Source: Leptogorgia sarmentosa (lineage: Eukaryota). Taken from it: a DNA stretch of 64,000 nucleotides. This document shows positions 12,914 to 25,029 of the stretch, in pieces. The stretch covers positions 1,116,001 through 1,180,000 of the forward strand of contig OZ210885.1 in the NCBI GenBank assembly GCA_964658305.1, written 5' to 3'. Position 1 is the first letter of the stretch. Every line of letters starts with the position of its first letter. The notes under the pieces are model-generated. The model was not told the origin of the DNA and searched no databases. It saw nothing but the letters and a program-made list of their open reading frames with translations. The position numbers were made by a program, and so were the translations under genes.

Positions 12914-15900
12914 AATTATCACTCTTTGTTTTGGGCCCACAGTTGTCACTCGATATGAAAATATTTACCTTTTATAGTCGAGAACTTCCAAGGGCCAAAT
13001 TGATTCAGTGTATTGCAGGTCTAAAAATGCCCAGGCATCGCCCTTTTTAATGGTGACACACACATCAGACATAAAAGATTGTTCTCACAGTCATATGAAC
13101 ATTAAATTTTTATTTTAACACAAATTAATACATTAATACATTAATACACATCATGAAAAATTATACCAACATTCTACATATTATCGAGCCTAGTTTCAGT
13201 ATATCTGGCTTTAAAATATTATATAGTTAAATGAAAATATCTAAGCTAATGATTACATCATCAACGTTTCTCATAATGGAGATTGGACTGGAGTACTAAA
13301 ATGGCGACAGCAAACCAAGAAGTAGAAACACATGCACGCTAATTTCTAATTTTCAGAACTGAAAAAATAATGCTCTTTCCAAGTCGTTACGTTTTGGCTA
13401 TTAATGTTGAATCGTTTTTGCAAGTATATAACATTAATTCTAAATGTTTTTGAAATCAATCAAGAAGCAATTCTAATAACTAAGTATATTTACCTACATT
13501 GGAGAGAAATATTGGAGAGAAATTTTGGAAAAAAGACACTTCGAGTTTCCTAAGGCATGAAAATTCACACAATCTGAAAGAATCAAGATAAGAGCGATAC
13601 CATCTGCTTCAACTGCTTGAAAACGCCGTTTTGAATGTCTCTTCTTTCTTCCATCCACGTAGTTTCTTTCAAGAGTAGTGGAATTAATAATCCTCGCAAA
13701 CTATATGTGGTGTCTGCCAGAAGTTTAACCATCTTGTCGAATGACATGAATACCATTATACCCGTACGTGTGGCTCAACTTTATTTGGAACGAAGTGACT
13801 GCATGGAAATGATCCATGTTTACATCGAGATTAAACTTTGTACCATGGAAGTAAAGATAGTTCTCGAACAGATATCTGGAGCGTGAGTCTGATTCGATTT
13901 CAGGTTCAATTTTCTGTAATTATCCGCATATTACAATGCTTCTGTTCGTTGAAGGATGATGTTATATACTCCATTCCTGTTGTCCGCTGACACAATCAGA
14001 TGTACACATGGAGCAGCTGTCATAACGGTTATCGACTGGAATCGATCATTGATTGTAGACATATAGGTATATATGTAGACATATAGGTATATAGGATGAT
14101 ATAATATTGTTTTTCAATCACTGGTAAAATATCCACAGAGAATGTTTCCAATACAAAGTAAGGAATGGTCATTGACATAACATCTCGCAGATGATACGAA
14201 TGCTATGTTCCATTAAAATATGTTCTGGACTTCAACTTTCATCGGTTTCGACAAAAAATTGCGCCAATCTCGCCCGTTTTCTTGTATATTATGTACAATC
14301 AACTCAGCCATTATCCTTTTGATGCCATAGTTATCATGCAACGATATCAAATGTTCGTTGGAAACTTTGGAATGAATATTAATCCATCAGGTATTTTAGT
14401 GTTATCTGGAAGGTGACTCTTTCATTTGTACTGAAGGTATCCTCTTTATTTCAAACGTGCTTTTCCGTTCTTTCTACAGTCAGAAACATTGTACAGTTTT
14501 TGCATAGATCAGTGTCTGCACTGATTTTAGCAGTTGATCCTGGATGTTCATGTTTTAATACAGTATCATATGATTTCAAGATACGCGACAACATCTCGTA
14601 ACGTTACCGTTGTTTTCATGTTCAATGCATGATGGATAGTGCTGGAATGGATTCGACGACACAGAATAGTTTACAATTTGACCAATTTGAAGCCGTTTTG
14701 CTCTTATTTGATTCAGTCAGATGTTTTCCAAAGTTCCGTTTTCGTTCTTACGTTCTTCTTACACAAATATATGTAAATATGTTCCGAATATACATTTCAG
14801 AAGTTGTAATCTAGGCATGCAATCTATACATTATGTAACTATAGTACTTTACAAATTATTAGTATCCTTTGTTTCACAATTATTTTTTCTTCCGTTTTAA
14901 TACTCCTTTTAGATAATTACGTCATTTGGCTTGGGAACCTCAACCTGTGTTATTTACTAAGCGAGGTTATCCCGTACTTGTGACGAAATTATTGAAAAGG
15001 TGTATTTCTTTATTACAGACAGTTTTTTGCTTTTGTTCTCAAATATTTTGCAATCAACATGTACAGCAGCGCAAAAGTTAGCTATTAATTCAAACTTTCC
15101 AGTATTATATAAACCGTCAGGTTTATAGCATTCAATATATTATTGTTCTCATATCAGAGACCGGTTGTATAAAAACGCAGTTAAACTTGGCTATCGTTAT
15201 TGTGAAAAAGTTTAGCCAATCAGAAACGCGTATTTTGGAGTTAACTACGCTTTAACTAGGGAACGTGTAATTAAAACGTAGTTAAGAGTTTTTTACAACT
15301 GGTGCCATGCAGTTCGTCAATCCGTCTTAAGCGTTTATCTCAGTCATTGGATTTGAATTTAATAGTTTTGAAATTAACTCGAAAGTTCCTTCCGAGTTCG
15401 AAATCCAACCGCAGAAACAATAAAGATGGCCATGAATCACATTTTGCATGGCTGTCCTTGATTTATTAAAAATGATGAAATATTTTTTTGTATCGAGAAG
15501 AACTTCAAATAAAGAATTAAATTGCAGCCTTCGGTCTCGTTTATACTATTAATTTTTGTGATAATTTCTCGTTGAAAATTAATCATGTTTAAAAATTCAT
15601 CTACCTGGTTCTCGTCAAGATCAAAGTGTTTTTTGTTGTTGTTTCAATGCTACGAAAAAACGAAACTCACTTTTGAAATTTGAGCTATTTCCGACAATTA
15701 ACCGTAAACTGCTTAACTAACAAAATTTCTTTCAGTAGGAAAATTATAAAACTTGTCTAGCAACACTTCTGGCGTGCACTTTGGAGTTCGGAACAGCAAA
15801 ATATTTTCTTTAACCAGTTACCTGACAATTAGATCATGTCCTCTTCTACATTACATGTCATACCTGAAACTAAAAAAACTGTCCAACATAATAAAGAATG

Positions 15901-18900
15901 AATGCAAAAGGGGCAAAAGCGATGCTGATTAAGTCGTGACCTGGATTGCAGCAGGAGGGAAATTTTTTTCAAAATTGTGACCGCTCCCCTGTTCAAACTC
16001 TTTTTGCTTACTTTTTTGTAGGATACATTTCCTCGGGAAATTTTTCAAAATTATGGAGATGGTGGAGTGGCTTTGGGGTGTAATTGTAACACGCATCTTG
16101 AATCATAATTTGAAGATCATCGATCATCATAACAACACATAACAAACACAAAGATAAAATGAGAACTATTACAACACTCGTGCTGTAGTCATGATTTTCA
16201 TGGGTTCCCCCTTTGCTAACGTTAGCTGCTAGATGTAATCTACTAGATGTAATATATATCCCGTACCACATCCCTAATGTGACGATCGTTTTTGTTGAAA
16301 GAACAATTACCTATTCTAGATTTCTAGTAACTTTTTAACTTCAATTGTTCTGGCATATTTATTTATTGAAATACATCAGGAAAAATGAAGCCATATTTAA
16401 CGTAATAACTATACTATTACGAATATACCCTATATTTACGATAAGTCGGTAGATGATAACTGTAAACCTGTAAAACGGGTCAATAATTGTGCTCCCATTA
16501 CTACAGTAGTTCCTGAATGTTACATGCGAGGCAAGATTACTTTAATTATCCCAAAATTTTCTGACCGGTTAAGCCCAACACAGACAATGTTTTGTTTCCG
16601 ACACACGGAAATTGGGACTGGGACATCACCTACATCTAAACACGTTAAAATTTCACCACGTCTCGCGTTGACAAAATATATCATTTGATTAGTTGAACCA
16701 CAAATTAAGTTCGCCTCATCAAAATATTTCAAGTCAGTACAGTGCCCATAAACAGAGACCCGAGCCAACATACTTGTCGACACAATGTCAAAGGTAAAGA
16801 TTTCGTCCAAATCAAAGCAGGATATTGCTAATGTATTTCCTTCGGGTGAAAACTCTGCATTTTGTATTGCTGATACTGAGGATCCTAATGCTTGGGAAAA
16901 CAAATTTGTCCAGGCATCTATCGTGTTTCCATCCTTCCACAGACAAATCCCACGATTCCCGTCCGTTAGGACATGGTAATTGATGCTGCATGCGCCCACT
17001 GAGCTCGAGTTAAACAAATAACTTTGTTTGCGAAAAGACATTTTATGTAGTATTTGTCTGGTCAAAACATTAAAAAAGACAACACGTTCTTCGGCAAATT
17101 GACACGCAATAACTTCATCCGACACTGACAGGCATTTGGTCGTGCCAACCAATTCGCCAAAGGATGAAAGCAGTTGGGTAATACCACTGTCCCAGAACTC
17201 TGGAGCAAATGGATGATGCGATCCATACAAAATTATAACACCACCTTTCACAACTACGAGTTGATGTATGTTTCTTGGTGGTAAAGAGTTTGAACATTTT
17301 CCCTGAAGTGTGAAAACAGTTAACATGTTAGTTGTTCTGTTGTTTACATAAACAAAATCGCCATCCGTAGAAATGCCCAAATCTGTTAAATAAAAGTCAT
17401 TAGGTGCCAACTCCTTTGCAAGCATCAAGACAGGCACACTAAAAACGCGCAAGACATTTGTAAAACATGAGAAGACCAAGACAGACTTATTGCCGAGTAA
17501 GATATACCTCGTTATTGCCATGCGGCAAGTAATCAGTGAAGGATCAACCGATTCTTTTCTTATTTTAGACAACAAAGACTGTCCTGGATTTTGCAAGAAA
17601 CGTTGTAATTCATCAGAAGAGTCCAAATTACCTGGAAGAGCTATACTACCCAGAGAACCCAAATCACCTGACAAAATGAGATCATGACTTATACGGCGCA
17701 AGGAGTTGTGAATACGACAGAGCCAAGAATTTTCTTCAAAAGTAGACACAATTTCGACGCGAACCTGGCAACTAACTTCCTTCCAATCAAGTTCGTAATT
17801 ATTCGATAAATCGTAAACACTCACTAAGTTTTCACTATCTGTAGTGCCCAAAAAAATACCGCTAGCTGTAAAAGACAAAGAGGATAGCGTGTTGCACGAG
17901 AGGCATCTTTGCTTAATGCCGCTAGAAATGTCCCAAACGATTAAATGACCCTCGTAATATGTAGCCATTTTGCTACCATCCGGAGAAAAACAAGAATCGG
18001 TGAACGCTGAACTGCCCTGATCACACTGAAATGGCCCTTTTGTGAAAGTTCCAGCCAAAGTTAGCACTTCGTCAAGTCTGCCGGGCAATATCAAGTCTCC
18101 ACGAGGGTGGAAAACAATGCAGTGTGGTAATGTACAATAATAAAATTCACCAAAAATAGGAAAGGTAACTTCCACTGTGTAATCTTGAATTTTCCACTCA
18201 GACATACCTGTTTCTAGCGAAAAGAGCTCAATCCCTCCCTGTACGTAACAACAGAGAACGAACTCGTGCTTAGGAGAAACATCAATACCTCTTATTTGGC
18301 CAGAAAGATTACAGCTTAATTCAAGAGCATTATTTGGTCCATCTTCCTTATTTAACCGGAAATAAAAAAGATCCTTGTAACGTGTTTCAAGCAACTGTGT
18401 TGCTTTCGAAGAAAGTGGTTCTCCCCCCTCGTTAACGACATTTTGCAAGAAGTTTTGCGGATACTGTTTCAAAAAGAATACAAAGTTTCTGATCAGAAAA
18501 CATAATTTCCCCACTACAGATTTCGTGTTGTGAGAGAAATGTTTGGAAATTTCAGGACTCATGAGACATTTAAGATTATCCCCGGCAAGATTCGCATCGA
18601 CATAAACACTTGCAAACACAACTTCCAAATCCGTAAAATAATCACATACAAAACTTTCAAATTCCCCTTTATCTTTCAATCCCTTCAGCATATGTGGTAT
18701 GCAGTATTTTATTGCATACTTGATGCCAGAAACAGCGAGACTTTCTTTACTAACACCGTTTTCTTTCACGTCATTCAACTTTTTTACACATAGATCAAAA
18801 AGAATCCGATTACCATATTGCACATCTACAGGGAAATTGTGCTTAGCGTTGTCGACAAGCCAATCTCTTACCGATTTATGAAAGAACGAAAGAGATTTGT

Positions 18901-20650
18901 CTTCATGAATCACAAGAAGTGATGAAAGAATATTAATGGCTTGTGTTGTCTTCCGTTTGGCGTCTGCAGGATTCTCAAAACCGAAAACAGTTGTAGCAAA
19001 CACCTCTGGTAGTGATTCTTTAGCAACTGCAAGAGCGCATAAGAAGGACAAAAATTTTCCCTCCGAAATTTCCAAGACTTTTAATTCCCGTTCCAATCTT
19101 TGCAAATAATTGGGGTAATGCTCCTCGATGCCTTTTGGAAAACGGCCAATTCTTTCCATTGAATACTCGCACTGATAAATCTCAGTAAGGAAAAATGCGT
19201 AAAGCATCAGACCGTCGGAAGTTTTGGCCAAGCTATCCAAAAGATCCTGCGAGATTTCTGGAATTTTTTCCCGTAGCACGAGTTTCAGATCATCCAGATT
19301 TCGTTGGTCGTCAGGTTCAATATACAAAGGGTTTAGTTTAATAAACCTACCTAGAATACTATTCACTGGCCTTGTCGTTATTACAAAACGAATATATGAA
19401 GGAAGTTTGTGCAAGTGAATTGAGATCAAATTGGCAAAGTCTTGCCTTCCTTGGTACTCGCTTTCATCAACAGCGTCCAGCACAATCATAATATGCTTTC
19501 CAGGATTCTCAACGTGGGAAAGTGGTTCCTTTAGAAGAAGAGAAAATAGCCCTTCAATATTCTGCTCATTTAAAGATTTTCCTACAATCCCGGAAAGCTT
19601 CTCGACCAGAGCTTCTTTGTACGCTGGCAAAACTTTACAGAGATGCCAAGCTAAAGACTGCAGGAAAATTTTTGGATCGTTGTAGTGAGTGTTATTCCAC
19701 TGAAAGAAATGGGATGCACCAACGTGCTCGGCAAAGCGTTTACAAATAACAGCCGCAATTATAGATTTACCCATACCAGCATTACCGGTAATGACAAATA
19801 CACGATTTTCTGAAGTTTCATCATTAAACCAGTTCGAAACCTGTTCAAATACCCATTCTCGAGTACCCTGAGTGAATTTGGAGTTATATAGATCAATCTC
19901 TCTCTGAAAATCACACCAGTTAAGGATTGTTTTTAGGATATCACATCGAGATTCCGTCTGATTCCTAACCAAGACATTCACGCCATCTTTGACCTCATCC
20001 AAAACCATCATTATTTTGTTATCACTTTCATTCCACTCTTTCAAAATGCGACTCACTTCCTCTTCCCCACATTCTTCATTTTCTAATCTGTCTATTTCCT
20101 TCTGATCTATTCCCAACCGAACTAATGGTGGACTTATTTCTGCCCAGAACTTCTTAAAATCTGCCTCACTTACAGCTGTCTTAGGAATGTGACCAAAACG
20201 TTCATTACGAAACAGCTTAATGCGAACAATGTCAGCTTCATTACTATGATCCGATACATTTGGCATTTTGTCCCATCCCGTAAGTGGTGGAGACAACCCA
20301 CAAATGTTTCGTAAAAGAACACAAAGTAAAGTGATGTCAAACTTATTAATGTCTGGTTTCTCAGGTGGGGTGGGGCATAACGTATCCAACTGTTTTTGAT
20401 TGATTATTTTGCTCCTGTTTAGGTTTAAAAGCATATAGCGATGACTGTGTAATACAACCTGTAAATCTCCTGGGAGAATTTTTCGATGAATGGCTTTCCT
20501 CAATGCCTCTGTTCCCCCATCCAAGATCAGCCTCATCAACTTCGTGCCATTGGTTGTCTCAGTTGAGCTGTCCAGCGTCGCCATGATCTCCTGCAAGATT
20601 TTTTTGTAAAGAATTGGATTGCTTGTAGATTTCGCTATGCGCGTAGCTTG
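12914..20650. repeat. Segmental duplication copy A (paralog of ~30015-37770)
   Basis: Continuous alignable sequence from aattatcactctttgtttt to gcgtagcttg at an offset of ~17.1 kb. Confidence 0.95.
16520..20584 (-). CDS. HEPN (DZIP3/hRUL138-like)-NACHT/STAND NTPase-WD40-like repeat protein, paralog A; 1354 aa from MATLD, single large exon with a splice acceptor at 20590
   Basis: Uninterrupted ORF. N-terminal NGTKLMRLILDGGTEALR...FDITLLCVLLRNICGLSPP..GWD..ADIVRIKLFRNERFGH (HEPN Rx4-6H); FTQGTREWVFEQV; Walker A GNAGMGKS (19763-19786); Walker B MIVLDAVDE; FFHKSVRDWL; propeller-type repeats (IDVSPK, CFSPDG..IVWD, EFSPEG). Confidence 0.9.
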   Translation of the reverse strand: MATLDSSTETTNGTKLMRLILDGGTEALRKAIHRKILPGDLQVVLHSHRYMLLNLNRSKIINQKQLDTLCPTPPEKPDINKFDITLLCVLLRNICGLSPPLTGWDKMPNVSDHSNEADIVRIKLFRNERFGHIPKTAVSEADFKKFWAEISPPLVRLGIDQKEIDRLENEECGEEEVSRILKEWNESDNKIMMVLDEVKDGVNVLVRNQTESRCDILKTILNWCDFQREIDLYNSKFTQGTREWVFEQVSNWFNDETSENRVFVITGNAGMGKSIIAAVICKRFAEHVGASHFFQWNNTHYNDPKIFLQSLAWHLCKVLPAYKEALVEKLSGIVGKSLNEQNIEGLFSLLLKEPLSHVENPGKHIMIVLDAVDESEYQGRQDFANLISIHLHKLPSYIRFVITTRPVNSILGRFIKLNPLYIEPDDQRNLDDLKLVLREKIPEISQDLLDSLAKTSDGLMLYAFFLTEIYQCEYSMERIGRFPKGIEEHYPNYLQRLERELKVLEISEGKFLSFLCALAVAKESLPEVFATTVFGFENPADAKRKTTQAINILSSLLVIHEDKSLSFFHKSVRDWLVDNAKHNFPVDVQYGNRILFDLCVKKLNDVKENGVSKESLAVSGIKYAIKYCIPHMLKGLKDKGEFESFVCDYFTDLEVVFASVYVDANLAGDNLKCLMSPEISKHFSHNTKSVVGKLCFLIRNFVFFLKQYPQNFLQNVVNEGGEPLSSKATQLLETRYKDLFYFRLNKEDGPNNALELSCNLSGQIRGIDVSPKHEFVLCCYVQGGIELFSLETGMSEWKIQDYTVEVTFPIFGEFYYCTLPHCIVFHPRGDLILPGRLDEVLTLAGTFTKGPFQCDQGSSAFTDSCFSPDGSKMATYYEGHLIVWDISSGIKQRCLSCNTLSSLSFTASGIFLGTTDSENLVSVYDLSNNYELDWKEVSCQVRVEIVSTFEENSWLCRIHNSLRRISHDLILSGDLGSLGSIALPGNLDSSDELQRFLQNPGQSLLSKIRKESVDPSLITCRMAITRYILLGNKSVLVFSCFTNVLRVFSVPVLMLAKELAPNDFYLTDLGISTDGDFVYVNNRTTNMLTVFTLQGKCSNSLPPRNIHQLVVVKGGVIILYGSHHPFAPEFWDSGITQLLSSFGELVGTTKCLSVSDEVIACQFAEERVVFFNVLTRQILHKMSFRKQSYLFNSSSVGACSINYHVLTDGNRGICLWKDGNTIDAWTNLFSQALGSSVSAIQNAEFSPEGNTLAISCFDLDEIFTFDIVSTSMLARVSVYGHCTDLKYFDEANLICGSTNQMIYFVNARRGEILTCLDVGDVPVPISVCRKQNIVCVGLNRSENFGIIKVILPRM

Positions 20651-22689
20651 AATTTCATGCAGGCACCGCGGGGCGTAAATATCGAATATGGCCTGCAGTG
20701 TTTCATGGAAATCAGGTCTATGAACTTCTGGACAGATTTGAATCTTAGTCAAAAACTATCAAAAACTATGAAAACTATGCAATGAATTTTGTAGTTGTGA
20801 TATAATGGTTCGTAGTTTCTGCTCGCGTTTAATTTAGCGGCGAAAAACGATTTGCCCTTCTTCGAGAGTCAAAGCCGTCAGAGTTGTAAAAGGGTAGTTG
20901 TAGGGACAAATTCTCTCCCGGAAAATATTGAAAACTAAAACCTCCGAAATGCCATGTGTCCAATCAATTACTACAGACTACAACATTTCACTGGAAGTGT
21001 TATCACTGATCCCCATCCCTCCCCCCCCCCCCCCCCACATTTACGAATTACGATCCTGAAATTCATGTGGGTCTGATCAGATCCAGCTAACAAACTAAGT
21101 TCAAGAGAAAATTTTGACTAACTCGTGAATTAAAAAGTAAATTAGCTTCAAAACATTGTTCTACTCACTATAGCTAAACGATACATATACACGTAATACT
21201 AACGTCATAACACGGAACTAATAGTTATCTCCGACGAAAGAAGTTGGTTGACTTGGTTCTAAACGTTGATTCCGTTTGTATCGCTTGGCCGTTTAGGTAT
21301 AGTGTGTAGAACATTTCCTGGTTTTTGATGTCGTCTTAAGAAACAAGCTGCAAGATTTTAATTTATTTATAAAGAAATGGTTTGATTTGTAAATCAATGT
21401 AAATTTACTTGATTATATTCTGCAAAACGTTAAGACTATCCCATTTCTTGCTGTGAATTAAACTGTGAAGTTTATTTATTCATTTATAATAGATTCATGA
21501 GCGACAATATTTCAATGTAAAATGTAGGCCAGAAGTAGACGTACACGGCGGAAAGGAATAGTCGAATATATTAGTGAAATTTTTGCTATAAATAAGTAAA
21601 GTTGTCAAGATCGAGGCAATATTGATACGGACTCATAGATTTAAGCCAACGCGATTTTTGTCGCCGCATGTACGTGTGAAACTCCTATTTTCCGGTCACA
21701 CGGTTTTCGGCAGCGGCGTCATTTCCACGCGCCACGCGAAAGTTTTTAATAAGCAACACACTTAGAATTAATATGAAAAGTATAGGAAAAACGCTGTTTC
21801 GAAGGGAAAATCAGGTTTTATTATGAACCTATGTTGCCGATGATAAAGGTTGGTCAATATTTATTGAGAATAGAGGTCAGCTGTGTATGATTTTCAATAT
21901 ACGTTCTGCTAGGCTTGACGATGGTTTTTTTTCAATATTTTTACTCAACCCAGTTTCATGCTCACACTGGTCACTGTATTTATCAGTTTATCTGCCTACA
22001 TGGTTGTATTTTTTAATAGTATTACATAATAACAAAACAGCCATCTGCCTGTGAAGAATTTTTCCTGAGCGGCATGGATTTTATTAACCTACTTAGTATT
22101 TACCAAACTGAAACTTGTAAAAGTACAACGCAAATGACTGCTTTTAAAACACTCCATAATATATAATATTTTGTGGGTTTCAACTTTTAAAATACAAGAG
22201 TTTTTAATACTGTCGCCAATTTTTTAGATGTGAATTTTCAAATGTTCGTAAAAGCGTACAGAAATTAGCGAGAAATAGGAATCGCTTCGCAACAAAACCA
22301 GAAGGAATTTCGTAAAATGGATCACATAGCTAAGTATATTTCAAGGACAGAAAATGTTTATTCGTTTACAAAATCTTAAACAACCTAACTACAATAACCT
22401 TGTTTTTTTAATTCAAATGCTTATTCCAACTAAGAAAGACAACTTTTTACAAGTGACTGAATGTCGCGATAAAAAGTCGACCGGTGAAAATCGCGTCGTG
22501 TGCGCCTGTATGTGTGTGTACTGTATCTACTACAATTACTTCATTATTAAGTTCGTTTCACGAATTACGAATTTCTTAATAATGGTCATGTATAAAGACT
22601 TTAGTTAATTCTAATAACGAAAGCCAGAGGGATAAATTCTAAGAAATATTCTGAAGACAGCGAATTGACCGCTTTATCTACTTACATTG

Positions 22690-22960
22690 TCTTATCAGCA
22701 AGACTGGACATGAATGACATTTAACACAGAGAGTTTAAGAAATATCAATGTTCAGTCATCTTATGTTGATATTTCAATAAGTGTGATTTAAATTGTCCAA
22801 TGGTATTTATTATCATCCGTTCCACTGTTGTGTGGTAGGAGACTACTGAACACTCAGGGTGTCTACTCTTAGTGACATGATTACTTGATTTAAAAGCGAT
22901 GTTTTGATCGTTTCTCAGCATTCTCAACAATGTTCAAACTCTTATTGAAGAGCTCATTCA
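22690..22960 (-). pseudogene. Possible decayed retroelement integrase (rve) fragment; duplicated at ~27010-27280
   Basis: LRNDQNIAFKS...SYHTTVERMIINTIGQFKSHLLKY loosely resembles the SDNG..F.S...YHP..NG.VER.N.T.K..L.K integrase core; weak. Confidence 0.3.
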
Positions 22961-24129
22961 GCGATGACGAAATACAGGGTGCACAGCGTGAGTAGCCTAG
23001 CTGGAATTTTATCTGGAGCCAACGATGGCTTTGTTTACATCGAATGGGAAAATGTTTTTAGGTTAAATGAATAGAAGATCATTCACCAGTTTTGCGATGT
23101 CAATAAAAGTGACATTTGTATCACGTCCTATACAGTTTTTTGTAGTATACACCTTTTTGGAAAACATGCGTATATATACGTAAACAATGCTTCCTGAAAC
23201 GGTGTATTGCAGCAATAATACTAAATAATATATTCATTAAATATGATTACGCCAGATGTATACTATCTACTTTAAATACAAATTACGCCAGATATATACT
23301 ATTAACGTTAGTGAGGTCAATAATAAAAAAAGAGAAAAAGCCATGGATTGCTCGAAGATTCACAAATGTTCCAATTAAACATCCACAACCTGATGACTTT
23401 AACTTAAAACTGTATCGATCTATACACAAAACAGGCAAATCACAAAAGAACTTTGTTAACCATTACGAATGTTATATTCTTTTGTGTCGTCAACGGTACA
23501 TTGCCGTACGCGTTTTATATCAAGGATGTCGTTAAAGAGAATTCTATAACTGGCTCATTCAATTATGTACTTAGATTGCATTTCATCTTCATACACTAAT
23601 ATAGCGACAAGACGTTACCTTTCTTCCTTTACAACACCACTACATTGGTAGACAGTTAACTTCAGGATAATCAGTGTTCAATTGATTGAAAACCTTTGTC
23701 AGTTTATGTAAGATTCAAGTTTTTGAAAATGGCCAGCTTCGAGTGAACATCTAATACGAAATCACTTCAACTGTGAACTGAAAAACTAGATTCATATACA
23801 ATGCATCTGTGAACTGAAAAGTACTTTGCATTTCAAATTAGAAAACTCGACACAAAAACATGCGTGGGATTGAAAAACGAAAACAAACCAAAACATGTAT
23901 GGTATCCATAATAATTATTAAAAAGTTATAATCAAATTGTGAGTCATAATCCTGGCCAAAAATATCGACGACACTTTGCTTCGAAACAAAATAAAGAACT
24001 CTCCCCTTTACCGCCGCTGATTAATGTTGAATGGCATGTTAAACACATTTATCACAGGCTCAACTTTGTTTTGGCGACCACAGGGGTCACGTATAGTCGG
24101 GAACTTCAAGGGGCCAAATTGATAATGCT

Positions 24130-24430
24130 TTTTACCAGGAATGGTTTTACCAGGAATGCATGGTTTTACCAGGAATGGTTTTACCAGGAATGCATGGTTT
24201 TACCAGGAATGATTTTACCAGGAATGCATGGTTTTACCAGGAATGGTTTTACCAGGAATGCATGGTTTTACCGGGAATGGTTTTACCAGGAATGCATGGT
24301 TTTACCAGGAATGGTTTCACCAGGAATGCATGGTTTTACCAGGAATGGTTTCACCAGGAATGCATGGTTTTACCAGGAATGGTTTCACCAGGAATGCATG
24401 GTTTTACTAGGAATGGTTTTAACCAGGAAG
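24130..24430. repeat. Composite minisatellite of mostly alternating 15-bp (ggttttaccaggaat) and 19-bp (gcatggttttaccaggaat) units
   Basis: Directly visible; it produces the spurious repetitive ORFs at 23939-24568. Confidence 0.95.
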
Positions 24431-25029
24431 TGTCACCCTTTATCGTTACCCACGCTGAAGAGATTGTACCAAAATTGTTCACACAGTCATTTGAACGTTA
24501 AATTGTCATTTCAATACAAATCAATATACGTCATAAAAAGTTATACCAACATTCTACATATTATCTAGCCTATAGTACAATTGAAGCCATGAGTATATCT
24601 AACTTAATGATTATATCGTCGACGTTTCTCATCATAATTGTGAAAGGAGTAGCTACTAAAATGGCAACAACAAACCAAGAGGGGGAAACACACCTTAATT
24701 TCTATTCAAATTTGCATATTTTCACAAAAAAATCATGCTCTTTCTAGCTACATTTTGGTTATAAATGTTAAATCGTTTTTGCAAGTATATAATTGCATTG
24801 GAATAAGCTTCCAAATCATAAGACCATTAATTGCATGGATTTTTACAAAGTAGTTAATAGTTTTAGACAATTTGGATTGGTTTAAATTAGAATATAAACG
24901 TTTTTAATAAATATAAGGATTTTATGAGGAAGTACGTAGCTAAATATTTTTAAAATGACATTACTAATAATCATAAAACTTTAATTTGTGTTTGTATGTT
25001 TGTGGGCGTATATACTTATATATATATTT

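Larger units (their letters stand above)
21192..24800. repeat. Second segmental duplication, copy a (paralog of ~26468-28952); copy a carries extra insertions at ~21650-22560 and ~23180-23340
   Basis: Alignable from cgtaatactaac..cataacacggaactaata to gcaagtatataattgcatt. Confidence 0.9.

Noticed and set aside
16785..19749. Short plus-strand ORFs inside the receptor genes (also 34094-36866 and 51453-51767)
   Set aside because: Antisense shadows of real coding sequence
20591..20752. N-terminal extension MTKIQICPEV... of the 1410-aa ORF (and MHYLPSS... in paralog B)
   Set aside because: Paralog A's extension begins at a non-ATG codon, is largely not conserved between paralogs and lies upstream of a shared splice acceptor, so it is probably intronic
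23939..24568. Three overlapping repetitive ORFs / CRISPR-like look of the array
   Set aside because: The ORFs are by-products of a stop-free minisatellite. There are no unique spacers or cas genes, and the context is eukaryotic.
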